Assembly: GCF_001194135.2 (NCBI RefSeq)
Contig: NC_068990.1
Location: 31,502,831 to 31,566,830, forward strand
Direction of reading: 5' to 3'
From: Octopus bimaculoides
Lineage: Eukaryota
DNA length: 64,000 nt
The translations under genes were made by a program, and so were the position numbers. Under the pieces are notes generated by a model that was not told the DNA's origin, searched no databases, and worked only from the letters and a program-made list of their open reading frames with translations. This document shows positions 1 to 13,186 of the stretch, piece after piece. How positions within the stretch are numbered: position 1 is the stretch's first letter; each line of letters opens with the position of its first letter.

Positions 1-317
1 GAACCCAAACTGCATCTCATCTAAATTGATTCGCTCCCTAATTAGTTGGGCTATGACCCTCTCCGTAACTTTCATAACCTGATCTAACAGCTTGATGCCT
101 CTGTAATTATTAGTATCTAAAGCGTCACCTTTACCTTTGTAGCAGTTTACTATGGTGCTGCTACACCAGTCATTGGGTATGACTCCTTCGTGTATCACCT
201 GGTTCGTAATACGGGTGACTAGGCTGTAGCCAACACTGCCAGATATTTTGAGCATCTCTGCAGTGATTCCTGATGGGCCGGGGGCTTTCCCTGTCTTCAT
301 ACTCTTAATTGCTTTAT
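1..317 (-). mobile_element. RTE-clade LINE, N-terminal part of the reverse transcriptase, running off the window edge
   Basis: Stop-free minus-strand frame AIKSMKTGKAPGPSGITAEMLK...IPNDWCSSTIVNCYKGKGDALDTNNYRGIKLLDQVMKVTERVIAQLIRERINLDEMQFGF, containing the K-APG-G, NYRGI-LL and QFGF motifs of RTE RTs. Confidence 0.9.
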
Positions 318-338
318 CTCTTAATTGCTTTATATAAT

Positions 339-498
339 GGGCTTCTTTCAGTTTCCTTGTACAAAATCTTCTCACAGGGCTCTTGTCAGCCTGAGGCTAT
401 TACAGAGGACATTTGCTCAAGGTGCCATGCAGTGGGACTGAACCTAGCACCATGTGGTTGGGAAGCAAGCTTTTTATCACACAGCCATCCCTGCACCT
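339..498 (-). mobile_element. tRNA-derived SINE family A, 5' half
   Basis: Reverse complement aligns with the head of the copies at 21738 and 31234 (A-box-like TGGCTGTG, B-box-like GGTTCAGTCCC). Confidence 0.8.
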
Positions 499-539
499 AT
501 ATATATATATATAGATGCAATGTGTGTGTGTGTGTGTAT

Positions 540-776
540 TATTGTCATATGCCTTGATATTGCATGATAGTCATACAGCAGTGTCAGTCATACAAGCTAT
601 ATCCTTCATTACCAGACTTCTGTAAAAGCATATCTGGTCACGGAGAAATATTACCTTGCTTGGAAACAGGTGAGGGTTAGTGACAAGAAGGGTATCTGGT
701 CATAGAAAATCTGTCTCAACGAATTCCATCTAATCCATGCAAGCATGGTAAAGTGGACATTGAAATGATGATGATG
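540..776 (+). mobile_element. Retroposon 3' module (family B) ending CATGCAAGCATGG...(ATG)n
   Basis: Same module recurs at 44475-44662; related tails at about 7150-7340, 18480-18646, 23620-23770 and 51135-51330. Confidence 0.7.
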
Positions 777-1029
777 TGTGTGTGTGTGATAATTTTTTGT
801 AAACTCTTCATCTACTAAATTTCATTCACAAGGCACCAAGGTACTGGATAACACAAAGCCGCAGTAGAAGACACTTGACCAGGATGCTAGGCCCATGACT
901 GAAAGCAAGCATTCTTAATTACTCAGCCCTGCTGGAACCTTTGGAAATATTCACAAGTTTTCATGTTTTTGTATAATTCATGTTTTCTATCTCTGTATTG
1001 CTCCACTTTTAGAATATGTATACTTTTAG

Positions 1030-1066
1030 TATACATACACATATGTGTATCTACTATATAAGTTAA

Positions 1067-1113
<47 letters not shown>

Positions 1114-1435
1114 TACACATACGCACACACACACATACACATGCGTGCACACACACATACACACGCACATGCATGCACATATGCATACACGCAGATGCAC
1201 ACACACATACTCATACATGCTTGCATTTATGTGTACATGTGTATATGTACATGCATATATATGTGTGTATACATTCACACACACACACATATACATACTT
1301 ACACACACATACACACACATACACATATATATATATATATATACACACACACATACATATATACACATACATATGTGTGGTGTGAATGTATGTATGCATG
1401 TATGTATGTATGTATGTATGTAAGTGTATGTATGT
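1030..1435. repeat. Compound (CA)n/(TA)n/(TATG)n microsatellite
   Basis: Seen directly; explains the HT/CV/YI ORFs here. Confidence 0.95.
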
Positions 1436-2626
1436 TTAAGCAATTCTACAATGCTGGCTATTTGTTTATATTTCTGTCTCTTAGTCTTTGTACATATCTA
1501 CCTACATAAAAATATATTCTGTAAATATACATCTAGATTAAAATACAAAATTAATCATTATATTTGCTTAGATTTTTACTCTTTTCATGTAAATTAAAAT
1601 TGAATGCAATTCACACTGAAAAACCTCTTATTTTATCCTATTAAATTTCTTTTGCTTTAAATGTAAAGATTCTTTTTTCTTTAAAATTTTGTTCTACTGC
1701 ACAGCCAAAATTCTTATATTTTCACGATAGTTAGGAAATAACAAGCAAACTATGGAAATAAAATGACAAAACCATATCTTACCTCCAGCAAAGTACAAGT
1801 TAATTGGGTTTAGAAAAGAAATCTAAATTCATTGTTAAAGAAAAGAAAAAATCTTTTGAAATAGAAAACAAACTATAAGTGGGGATAAAATACCCTAATT
1901 TACGAAACTTTGGTCATTTTTTATAGCTCCTTTTTTAGCATATCTGATTGAATTTTTTCTTCTTTGGATATTTAATCATTATAGAAATTTATCAGCTTTT
2001 ATGTAACACTTTTTTTTCAACCCATCAAGCAGGCTTTAGACTTCTCTCTTATTTCCTTGAAAAAGGAAACAGTACATTTTACTTTTTGTCTTTTAATAAG
2101 TATAGAACAAGAGCTATTAATTTGCTGCAACACTGAATGAAAACATCTGTTATCATTGAAATATTTACTATGGTATTTGACCATTTCTTTTCATTTAACT
2201 CTTCTTTTAGAATTCTTTTATATGTTACTCTTGTATGCCAAATTTTCTTTGAAAATTTTCAACTGTACTATTTTTGTGAACTTATTCTTAAGAAAATAAA
2301 TAAATGTATTGAATATATTGGCTAAAAGTATCTCCCTTGTATAATGAAGAGAAGTCAAAAATGACTGCAAAGAAAAGAAAAATTAATAAATTAGCTATTT
2401 TTTCAATAGCCTTTTGAAAATTAATAGAGAACTGAAATTTAATGTCATTATATGTATTGAAGTGAATGTGCAAAAACTAGAAAAGAGGTTCTCATTTTCT
2501 TAGACACTAGAGATTTTAATTTTCCTGGTGTCTGCTAAATTTGTCTGAAATAGCAAGATTAACAACACATATTAAAAAGTATCAATATATAAATTATGAC
2601 TGGAAGAATAATTTTCTTATCTTTTA

Positions 2627-2856
2627 TCTTTTACTTGTTTCAGTCATTGGACTGTGGTCATGCTGGGGCACTACATTGATGGGTTTTAGTTAAACAGATA
2701 GACCCCCCCACCACCACCACCACCACCCTGCTATACTTATTTTAAAGTCTGGTGTCTATTCTATCGATTTTTTTCCAAGCTGTTATGTTCCAAGGACATA
2801 AACAAACCAACACTGGCTGTCAAGTGGTTTGTGTAGGCAAGCAAACNNNNNNNNNN

Positions 2857-2911
<55 letters not shown>

Positions 2912-3080
2912 TAGAGCCAACAGTTTTCCACACAGTATATGTGTACCAAACTCACTCACAAGGCATTGCTTGATCCCAGGCCACAGTAGAAAACACTTTC
3001 CTAAGGTGCCACACAATGGAACTAAACCTGAAACCATTAAGTTGCAAAGCATGCTTCTTAACTATACAGCCATGCTTACC
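2627..3080 (-). mobile_element. SINE family A, near full length, with an internal (CA)n tract and N-gap
   Basis: Tail CTTTTACTTGTTTCAGTCATT at left, head CAGCCATG at right; diverged relative to 31234-31672. Confidence 0.8.
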
Positions 3081-3251
3081 TCTATTATTTAATTATTCTA
3101 TTTAATTTTAAATAGTAATACTAGGGTTATAAGCTGGGATGTATATATACATACATATGAACATATACATATATCTATACATACAAACATACATACATAC
3201 ATACATAGAAATACAGAAATAAAACTGATTGACATACATACATGCATACAT

Positions 3252-3282
<31 letters not shown>

Positions 3283-3599
3283 TATATATACACACACATA
3301 CAATTAAAAGAACAAACAATTAAAAAACAGAAAAAACAAATGAAAAATGAAGGAAAAAACGAATATGAGGATGTGCACAAGAAATATATTAATTTGATAC
3401 TCAGTGAAAAAGGAGAGAGTTGTTAACATTTTGAGCATAGCTCTTCATCGGAAAGAGAAAAGCGAAAAGTCCAAAGAGAAAGAAGGAAAAATAAGGAAAT
3501 ATATACACAAATATATATATATATATATTCTTTAATTCTTTAAAGTATTTCAACTTTAAAGCTGTGATCATACTGGGGCACCACCATTGTATATATATA

Positions 3600-4358
3600 C
3601 AGGGGTTGGACAAAATAATGGAAACACCTAGCATCATAGCATAATAATTTAGAAATATCTATAAAACCATCAAAAGCTCGTTTATTTCTATGTTTTTTTT
3701 ATTTATTATTAGTGTTGCTTAATATGTTTTGATAAAATTGTTGTTTCTTTTCAGATATCATCAGAAAAGGTAATTAAAATTCATTAAAATGACAGATCTA
3801 TTGGACTTTCAAAGAGGTCAAATTGTTGGTACTCTCGTATGGCAGGCGCTAGCGTAATGAAAACAGCCAAAATGTTTGGTGTATCAAGAAGTAGTGCCTC
3901 GAAAGTAATGACAACTTTTGAGAAAGAGGGAAAAACCTCCTCGTCGAACCAAAACTTTCAAATAGGGACTATCGGACTCTTACGTGAATTGTTAGAAAGG
4001 ATCACAAAAGTACAGCTCCCAAACTTACTGCAGAGCTTAATGACCACCTTGAGAACCCAGTTTTCACAGAAACTGTTCTCCAGAAGCTGTACAAAGCTGG
4101 ATTTCACGGGAGGGCTGCAATCAGAAAACCACTTCTTTCAAAAACAAACATTGCGAAGTGTTTAGAGTGGAGTAAAATCCTACAGAATTGGTCCCTAGAG
4201 CAGTGGAAGAATGTTATTTTCTTAGACGAGTCATCCTTTACCCTATTTCCAATCATCAGCCATGTATACATGTGGAGACAGCCAAAAGAAGCATTTGACC
4301 CAGACTACCTTCTTCCAACTGTTAAACATGGAGGAGGATCTGTGATGATCTGGTGGGT
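3600..4358 (+). mobile_element. Tc1-type transposon, 5' part with frameshifted transposase, 3'-truncated
   Basis: Starts TA|CAGGGGTTGGACAAAATAATGG. ATG at 3789 gives MTDLLDFQRGQIVG/AGASVMKTAKMFGVSR, then WKNVIFLDESSF (first catalytic D) and PTVKHGGGSVMIW. Confidence 0.9.
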
Positions 4359-4686
4359 GGGGGTATATCTCAGAAATCTGCTTGGCCAAGTCTCTTTTCG
4401 AAAAATTATTTCTCAAAATATCGTTTATAACACTCATTTCGAAAAAGGCTACTTTTATATAAGAATACAGGTGTAAGCGTAAAGACTACAGGTGTAAGCG
4501 TAAGAGTAAATTGCATCTGAGTCAATTTCAACAAAACAAAAAATAACGTTAGTAAAATTAATTAAAGATTAATTAGCTACTTCTGAAATAAGAAATATAG
4601 TATAGATAATATTTTTTTTTCAGAACACTCCAAAAATATAATAGTGCAAACAGATGTTTTGGATAAAAAAAAAAATTCAAACTTAC

Positions 4687-4990
4687 TGCCAGGTTATTCC
4701 GACATTTCATCTGGCTAACTCAGGAATTATGGGATTGTTCTTGTTTGGGTCAGAAAGTGGAACGAGGCTAGCAACAATTGTACACAAACAAAGAGAGAGA
4801 GGGGAGGGGGTGTCAGGTGGTCTTCTCAAAGCAGACGAACGAGTCAGTGAGAGAGGGGGAAGGGGAGGCAGAATATTTCGAAAACACCAGGACGGAGTTT
4901 CTTTGAAAAAAAAATGAATATTTTATCGAATTTTCCGATGATATGGATAAAAAATCACAGAGCATGCAGCGCATACTTTGCGTGCCTGAG
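4687..4990 (-). promoter_or_regulatory. Candidate promoter / 5' exon, possibly encoding MKCRNNLA before a donor site
   Basis: CpG-retaining non-repeat patch with polypurine tracts; ACTTAC at 4681-4686 is a minus-strand GTAAGT donor. Confidence 0.35.
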
Positions 4991-4999
4991 AGTTCACGC

Positions 5000-5046
<47 letters not shown>

Positions 5047-6229
5047 TTGCATAGGGGTACTTTGATCAAGTGCAGGTGGTGATAGCATACAGTGAATCTT
5101 CTTAATTTGCATCAAGTGCCAGAGCAATTTTAGTGACTACCTTTTTTGTTTTTTTGTCGATATGTTATTAGAAATTATTCATTTTATAAAAGATACAAAA
5201 TTTCAAGTTAATATATTGAATATGGACACTGAATTGATTAGATATTAGCAAAAAGTTAAACCCAACCATCAAGTTGAATTTGAACTCAAACTTCCAGTGG
5301 TGCATTTTGAGACATTTACCGACTGTCATGCTCACACCAAAGCATTTTTAGCCTGAAATATAAACTCTATAAATTCAATATGTTCAAAGAACACATTTTT
5401 CATATAAGCATAAGTTGTCTATCATTAGTTTTAGTTTTTAGAACCATAATTCCATATTCTAATTTGGTGTTCAATTAGGAGCAGTATTTAAACTGAATTT
5501 TGCATGTATTTTTTTTTAATGACATAATGATAGAGTAACAACCACTTACCAATTTGCTTTAATTCTTTTTTTCATTCCATTTATATTCTGTCTCTCTAAT
5601 GCTCCTGTTTACATTCCATATAGAGAAATGCACCATTTAAATGATCAAAGTTTAATAATAAATTAATCAAGTTAGATTAGAGAAAGTTGCTTCAGAAAGT
5701 CTTATATCAATTATAAATGTGTACTGACAAAGTGTTTCCTAGTGATACACTAGTAGGGAAATTGATTAAAGAGAAAAAAATTTTCTTTTCTAAATAGTTT
5801 ATTTGTTTTCAGTAAGATCTATTTTTCTTTCTCTTCAAAGTATAGATTGATTGTGAATTAGTTTAAGCCAGTTAGTTTTGTATTATTAGGTAGACAAGAC
5901 TATCAATACAGAAGAGCAAACACATTTTAAATTGTGAACAACTCACCACTAATAAAAGGTTTCAATATTTAAGCGTTAATATTTTACCAGTGAATTGAGT
6001 ATTTTGTATTAACTTGCAATTATCAAAGCATTTTAATCTTCTTGTAACAAAATATAAAATAAAATGATTATCTAAAAGCTAGAAGAAATTGTGATTGTTG
6101 TGGAGAAGTGTATTTATAAGGATAGCTGTGAACTTGTCTGTAACAATACAGAAATGAATAAGGCAAGGAGATGCTGTTATTAAGAGATTTTCAAATGAGA
6201 AGATAGCAAGAAAGGGAGAGAAAGAGCTT

Positions 6230-6720
6230 AGTTTAAGCACACTCAACCGAAGGACCACATATCCAGTTGATGGCAGTATGGAAGACAGCATAATTAAGAA
6301 TATGAAGGCAAGAAAGGTAGCTGGACTGCAGAGTGTAGTTGCTGAGATACTGAAAATAAGTGGTTAGGAAGGTCACATGCTAGTTTTGTGGATAGTCGGT
6401 GAGGTAGTAGAGGAAAATGTCTTACCCAATGACTGGCATTGCAGTATCGTCATCAGCTGCTACAAGGGCAAAAGTGATTCACATGAAACTACTGTGGAAT
6501 CAAGTTGATGGAACAGTTATGAACATGATGCCTCTGTAATTATCAAAAAAGTTATAACACAATTGGTTAATTTCATTAAAGATTATGGAAACAGTTAAAG
6601 CATAACTGATTAGTGACAGAATTAGTATAGATGAGGTGCAGGTCAGGTTTGTCCAGTAAAAGCTATGGCCAATGCTATTTTCCATGTTCGTTAAAATGAT
6701 GCCAGCAAAATAGGCTGGAA
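6230..6720 (+). mobile_element. Decayed RTE reverse-transcriptase fragment
   Basis: IKNMKARKVAG...VLPNDWHCSIVISCYKGK...GIKLMEQ with stops and frameshifts; collinear with 1-317. Confidence 0.8.
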
Positions 6721-6879
6721 GGTATATTTTTTACATTTAGGCCTCTTGTTACTTCTCTGTCTTCTCTGTTACTACATACCATAACATGACCATTTCTCTG
6801 CTGCCAAACACCACATGAGCTACCTGCAATCCTACCCACCTTTGCTGATCTTCCTGTTACCATGCTCTCTTCTATTCAC

Positions 6880-7340
6880 CTTCTTGGGCATGTAACCTCA
6901 AGGACATGTTCTGGCACCTCATCATTATTGTATTCACCTCTCTTTTGGGCACCTCTAAACACCCATTCATGTAAAATATAAGGTAGCCATGAGTATTCTT
7001 CACAACATTATACCTGCTCTTGCTTCTCTGATTGTATGTTAACTTCTCAACACCTCACAAAAAGTGACCATTTTATCTCCTTTTCTCCATCTCAGTCAAG
7101 GGGTCTCTTTAGACCCCTTGACTTGTGAGTTTATAAGGTAAGCTCACATGAGTTAGTTCCACGGGAAAAGGCACCCAGTGGACTTTGTAAAGTGGTTTGT
7201 GTTAGAAAATGCATCCAGCCATAGAGGCCACACTAAAAATGAGACACAAGAGCAAGACATGGTCCTCAAACTTGTTGGATCTATCAACCCTTGCGAGCAT
7301 GGAAAGGGGACATAAGATGATGGTGATGATCATGATGATG
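6880..7340. mobile_element. Decayed copy of pyrimidine-rich repeat family C with a family-B-type tail
   Basis: Aligns by eye with 23040-23350 (CACCTTCTTG...AGGTAGCCATG...CTCAGTCAAGGG). Confidence 0.6.
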
Positions 7341-7520
7341 ACGTGTGTGTGTGTATATATTTATTAACAGTCTGATCATGTGAAAGGTAGTAATATAAAA
7401 GTTACACTTTTCAATAAATACAATAATGTATTTATATAAATGTGTGTGCAGTTATGCTCATACACATACACACACTCTTATATATACTTATATATAAAAC
7501 AAACTCTGTGTGTGTATATG

Positions 7521-7566
<46 letters not shown>

Positions 7567-8040
7567 AACATACAGGCACAAAATAATACACACACATTTA
7601 TGTGATACTGATGTCATGACTTTTCCAGTTTAGACTATTTTAATTAATGATTTTTAATATTTTCTCGTTTGTCCTTTATGTTTACCTTGGTGAGTCTATA
7701 AGCATTTCTCAGTCTCATTTCCAGAACAAAGTGACAACAAGGGTGCTGTTATTGCTGCATTATTGTAGTAGCCAGCTAGGGATCATAGATATGATGTCAT
7801 AACTAATCATTATTTGGCTTGATTTTAAAATGTTTAACTATTAACTTCAGGTTGCTTTTGTAGTTTAATCTATAGGTGTTGTAGCTTTGAGTTTTTGAGT
7901 ATATTTTGCAATTAATAAAACTTTCATAGCTACTGTAATTTTTTTTTCTTTTTTTGTGTAAGACCATAGTTTTATCAGCTGCTATGTTTCAATTTTCTTG
8001 GATATTAAGTTTATTAATAATATGTTCTGTATTACTAATT

Positions 8041-8436
8041 GTTGTTGTTGTTGTTGTTGGCACTCCGTCGCTTATGACGTTGAGGGTTCCAGTTGATCCG
8101 ATCAACGGAATAGCTTGCTTGTGAAATTAACGTGCAAGTGGCTGAGCACTCCACAGACACGTGTACCCTTAACGTAGCTCTCGGGGATATTCAGCATGAC
8201 ACAGTGTGACAAGGCTGACCCTTTGAATTACAGGCACAACAGAAACAGGAAGTAAGAGTGAGAGAAAGTTGTGGTGAAAGAGTACAGCAGGGTTCACCAC
8301 CATCCCCTGCCAGAGCCTCGTGGAGCTTTAGGTGTTTTCGCTCAATAAACACTCACAACGCCTGGTCTGGGAACCGAAACCGCGATCCTATGACCGCGAG
8401 TCCGCTGCCCTAACCACTGGGCCATTGCGCCTCCAC
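8041..8436 (-). mobile_element. Young full-length tRNA-derived SINE (family D) with (CAA)n tail
   Basis: Minus-strand head GGAGGCGCAATGGCCCAGTGGTTAGGGCAGCGG...GTTTCGGTTCC; CpGs retained; flanked by duplicated host sequence (GTATTACTAAT at 8029-8039 and 8438-8448; TAATAATATGTTCTGTATTAC at 8015-8035 and 8445-8465). Confidence 0.88.
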
Positions 8437-9031
8437 AGTATTACTAATAATATGTTCTGTATTACAAAAAAATAAAGAGAGAAATGTTTGGAAGTAGTAG
8501 AGTCTAAAATGAAATGAAGGTGTTTAGAGATTTTCAGAACACAAGGGCAGAATTGAGGGCATTGCAAAACAAATGGATATCTCATCAGAATTACAAGGGC
8601 ATAAGCATATTAAGACCAGAGAGATTCAGCAACCCAAAAAACGAAAATGAGAAGCAGTGGAATAAAGAAACCGATATTCATTGGCAGCATAGGAGAGACA
8701 GCTGCCAGTTATACTGGAACATTTTGTAGAACATGGAACCAGATATATTGCATTTCCTTTGGATGATGATGTATTATGTCCTCTCATTCACTGCTAATCT
8801 CAAATGGCATGTAGCATTTCTTTCTTTTAGGTACCTGGAGTAAAATGGACTAAAAAGTATTCAAAAGACATTCAGCTAAGTTTAGATTTTAACAATCAAC
8901 TTCTCATCCATAATACAGCATTTTTGTCTTCCCATTCAGACGTTTTGAACACTATTTTGCCATTCTATTTTCTTTTCAATAATTTAATATGTTGTGAAGA
9001 CGTTTGATACTTCTAGTTTGTTATGTCATAG

Positions 9032-9059
9032 GTTTTTATTCAACTGAATCTTGAAGATG
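9032..9059 (+). CDS. Candidate 28-nt exon (VFIQLNLED, phase 0 to 1)
   Basis: Acceptor TGTCATAG and donor ATG|GTAAGA; phase-compatible with 13095-13186. Confidence 0.25.
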
Positions 9060-10119
9060 GTAAGAAATAGCCCCACATAGGAAAGCCTACGGATAATTTA
9101 TGGATATTATTAGCTGGAATGTGATATGAACTAATCCAAAGACTGTGTTTGGTAATATGATAGTCTTAATAATAACATACTCTCAGTAAACTTTATATCC
9201 AAGAAAATGTAATTTAAACACAACGATCAGCAATGCTAATCTTAGTTTTTGATAAAGTTTGAAGTTATATATGCTAGCTGTTGACTTCAGAATCAGAAAA
9301 GTAAGTTCAATCTGTGTTATAATTGTGTCTTTCTTCACATTAACAATTAGCATGCTGGAATTGAAATTTTCAAAAGTATTCTACTTAAATTAATGACTCA
9401 GGTATTAGATTCCTGACTTAGTCACCCTTATAGAACCATTAAGAAGTTTAAGTATATCCTGTCTCATGGTTGTTTGTTATTCATTAGAAACAAAATTTAG
9501 TTGTAGCAATAACTACTACTTAATAAATTATTAAAAAGCTAAATAAATAGCAATAAAAGAAGAGGTTGGCTTAAAATATTTATACTTCATTTTCTTGATT
9601 AGAGGTTTCAGTTATAACAGTTGAAGTATTGTTTACCAACAGTAGCTCTTGGAACCATTTTTATCATCTGAAGTAGCATTCAATTTGTCTTTAACCATTA
9701 TTACCATTCACACTCTCAATATAACTTTTCTCAGTTATTCTTATGGGCTACTTATTCTCTTTCTCATCCCCTACTTCACCATAGATTTTTTTTTTATTTC
9801 TATATAGCCTTCAAGTGTGAGAACATTTCTCACTACTAAGTTGCCAATTTCATTCAGGTTGGTATCCCTAAACATATTTTGTAAAAAGCAAGACACAATT
9901 TTGTTCAATCATTCAGATGAAAAAAACAATTAATAGTTGTTCACTCATTCAGGCAACTACATAAATAAACAATCAAATCTACTCTTTGCACAACTAATAT
10001 ATTTGTATTATAGATCCCCATAAAGTAACTAGTACTTACATTATCAATTCTAGAGAAATGAAAGTCAAAGTCAAACCCTGTATTTATAATATACATACAT
10101 ATATAGTTATATGTATATA

Positions 10120-10715
10120 TCAAAGAAAAAATTAATTATTACTAATTGCAACTGAGGGTACTGAAGCACCTATATTGCAAAAAATATGAATTATAATCTC
10201 TTAATTCTGTATGAAGAGCACAATATATATAGACACTGAATGGGGAGATAACTGCCTCATGTGTGTTTCTAGGATCACTAGACTAGATTAGTTTTGTCTA
10301 TCAATTGTAGGCTTGTCAGTAATAACTACTCTATTGCTTGATGGTTTGGCTAAATCCGGCTGTCAATATTTTTACTATAAAAATTTATGCATTAGCATAT
10401 ATTAAAAATTAATATAAACAGCTAGGCACAATATAATACCATAAAGGAAAAATTTAATCATTACTAATTGTGACTGAGAGTGTCAAGTGCCTGTATTGCA
10501 AGAAATAAGAGTTAAAACTCTTAATGCTGTAAGAAGCATGCAATGTATACATACACTGCCTGTGTATATATATGTATATATATTGTGCACTTCTTACAAC
10601 ATTAAGAGTTTTTAAATCTTATTTCTAGCAATATAAGTGCTTCGGTACCCTCAGTCACAGTTACTTTATGGTTTTATATTGCACCTAACTGTTTATATTA
10701 ATTTATATGTGTATA
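10120..10715. repeat. Three related ~120-150 bp units: two direct, one inverted
   Basis: 10120-10238 resembles 10440-10560; 10400-10555 is the reverse complement of 10580-10712 (shared ACTGAGGGTAC and AAAACTCTTAATG). Confidence 0.8.
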
Positions 10716-10725
10716 TATTTATATA

Positions 10726-11604
10726 TGAGGGGATATCCAAAAGTAACTGGAAATATTTGTAGATTCAGACTTCTGTCACTAGAAGCCATTTGATACAATC
10801 CTCAGGTATCAGTTTGCCAAACAGCATCGTTGGCTGAAGTCGGACTGCCATGTGGTGCATTTTTGTCTTGCAGTGCTTCTCCTCTGTTCATCAATTTTTG
10901 CGTTGGCTGAAACAAAGGAACAGCATACTTCTGTGAAATTCTGTTTGCTGCTGGGGAAAACAGAAGCTGAAACAGTTGTCATGCTTCAAACATCTTATGA
11001 GGATGCTGCCATGAATGAAACACAAGTTTACGAGTGGTTTCTATGCTTTAGGAACGGTCACTTGTTACTTGAAGACCAACCTTGCTCAGGACGATTGCTA
11101 ACCTCCTGAATGAATGGAAACATTATGAAAATTCATGAACTGGTCTTAGAGGACCATCACCAAACATTTGACGAACTTGTTGATATGACTGGTGTGTCCT
11201 AGAACTCCTGCCAACGAATTTTGAGCGAAGAATTGCAAAGGAAAAGAGTTGCAGCAGAATTTGTGCCTCACTTGCTCATGGAAGATCAAAAGCAGTCATG
11301 ACTGAATGTGTGTCCTGAACTGAAAGAACAACTGGAAGTTGGTCTGGACCTTTTTTCGAAGGTCTTCACTGGTGACAAAAGCTGATCTTATTGCAGATGT
11401 GGGAGAGGGGAAGGAAAAACGATGGAGGTGTTAAAAAGCATCACTTCGCAAGAGTTCAAGCACTGCTTTGAATAGTGGAAAATGTGCCTGAACCAATGCA
11501 TCACTTCAAATTGCAAATACTTTGAAGGCAATAAAAGTGTAAACATATACAACTAAGTGAATAAAATAATATTGTAAAATTCTGATTTCTTTTGGGTACC
11601 CCCT

Positions 11605-11606
<2 letters not shown>
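10726..11606 (+). mobile_element. Internally deleted mariner element with both degenerate TIRs
   Basis: TA-flanked ends TGAGGGGATATCCAAAAG and reverse complement CAAGGGGGTACCCAAAAG. Translation VKFCLLLGKTEAETVVMLQTSY..VYEWF, FVPHLL, VFTGDKS, then a jump to C-terminal QEFKHCFE*WK..YFEG. Confidence 0.92.
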
Positions 11607-11655
<49 letters not shown>

Positions 11656-12169
11656 GTGCATGCATGTGTATATGTCTGTTTGTCTATTGCTAGAACACAT
11701 TTGTCAAGGGTTGATTTAATGATAAACGATAAATACTGACACAAAGTTAAGGATGTTATAATTCTACAGAGAAATATTGGTCAAAAATGATATATCTCAA
11801 GAACACCAAAATGTAGTTCAGAGATCTTTACAATTGTATTCAAAAACTTAAGAAGAATATTTTATATATTGGTTGAAATTTAGAGCATGTTGTTGATTTG
11901 AAATGAAATAGAAACTTCTCTTAGCTTCAAAAATTATGTGAATATACCATTCATTAAAGGTCGTAAAAATGAAACGCTTACTCCCAACCAGCTAAAATGC
12001 TTTCATCAAACATTGTTCTTTCATATTCTGGTTTGTGTTTTCTTCTTTGAAATATACACTTTTGGTATATTTAAAATTTTCTTATTTAAATCCTTTTATA
12101 TTTAATTTAATTCGGCAAAACTACAAATTCATTAATGATGAAAATTGCATTACAACAAAATCCATATGA

Positions 12170-12240
12170 ACCACTGCTGCTGTTGTTGCTACTGCTGCTG
12201 CTGCTACTACTACAAATATTGTTGCTGCTGCTACTGTATG
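12170..12240. repeat. Imperfect trinucleotide (CTG/TTG/CTA) tract
   Basis: Seen directly; source of the poly-Leu and poly-Ala ORFs. Confidence 0.85.
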
Positions 12241-13094
12241 TGTTATCAGTGTTGTTTTTGCATAAGAATAAAAAAGTATATAAATATCTGAATTATCTTT
12301 TGAAAGTTTTGAAAAGGAACAGAACAAAAGACAATAAATTTACATATTCCTTATTACAAAATATCTCTTGCAAATGTTGACTTTTTAAAAATGAAAAGTA
12401 AAAATGAAAAGATTTTATCAAAATAATAAATTCATTAATTCTTTCATCAATAAATATTCAAAATAACCCTTACAGATTTTTATGTCAAATCCTTTGGATT
12501 AAAAAATAAATAGAAAATTGTTACATAAACATAAATACTTAAAAGCTATTACCAGTAAAATCAGTAAATGCTCCATTTGAAATAGAATATGACAGGCTTT
12601 TTGATTCAAATTATGATGGTAACAAAATAAATGTATAAATTGTGGATATCAATTTTTTTTTTTCAGTCTTTAACCATGGTTTCTTATCAATCATTGCTTA
12701 GTTTTCAAATTTGACTATTTCAGCTGATATAAATTCAAATGTTTTAATAAACGATATTTTTATTATTTAATTATTATCCATACTAATCTTTACCCCATTT
12801 TGTACTATACCACTTCTGTTTACCTTCAATGAATATTTTCCTGTGTAAATTGATTCCTTTTTTTACTTAGTTTGTTAATTTCAGACCTATAACACATAGT
12901 ACCATGATACATAGTATCAAGAAATATTGTAATGCCAGAGTTACAATCAGTACATAGCATGGAGATCAAAACAAGTATTGGTGCATCATTTCATATACAT
13001 AAAACTAAGACAACCACAACATGCAGACAACTAACAAGATAGCGTCTGAGAAGAAAATAATCATGTTGATCTAGTAGAAGACATTTGTTTTCAG

Positions 13095-13186
13095 ACTTTC
13101 AAATGCTGTCATCACTGAATATAGAACACACAGCCATTCAGTGCTACTGTATCAACGATATTGAGAAGACTGTCTCTGAGCAGCAG
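13095..13186 (+). CDS. Candidate 92-nt exon of unknown product (D)FQMLSSLNIEHTAIQCYCINDIEKTVSEQQ
   Basis: Acceptor TTTGTTTTCAG and donor CAG|GTATGT; only one of three frames is open; no family recognised. Confidence 0.45.

Noticed and set aside
923-1509. Many 60-195 aa ORFs of HT/CV/YI repeats here and at about 15.8-16.2, 24.7-25.2, 27.7 and 39.3-40.1 kb
   Set aside because: They are translations of dinucleotide microsatellites and N-gaps
1792-1831. Minus-strand micro-exon ISFLNPINLYFAG with a good donor
   Set aside because: Ambiguous acceptor and no recognisable product; too weak to call
5055-5120. Possible pre-miRNA hairpin
   Set aside because: Only about 15 bp with bulges and a ~40-nt loop; no known mature miRNA recognised
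8380-8436. tRNA-like heads with A and B boxes here and in families A and E
   Set aside because: They continue into SINE bodies and tails, and I see no acceptor stem or terminator, so they are not tRNA genes
8514-8800. 71-aa ORF and an FPLDDDV string resembling the LicD motif
   Set aside because: Lacks the Trp and the upstream motif, and the frame is broken by stops; probably an unidentified TE remnant
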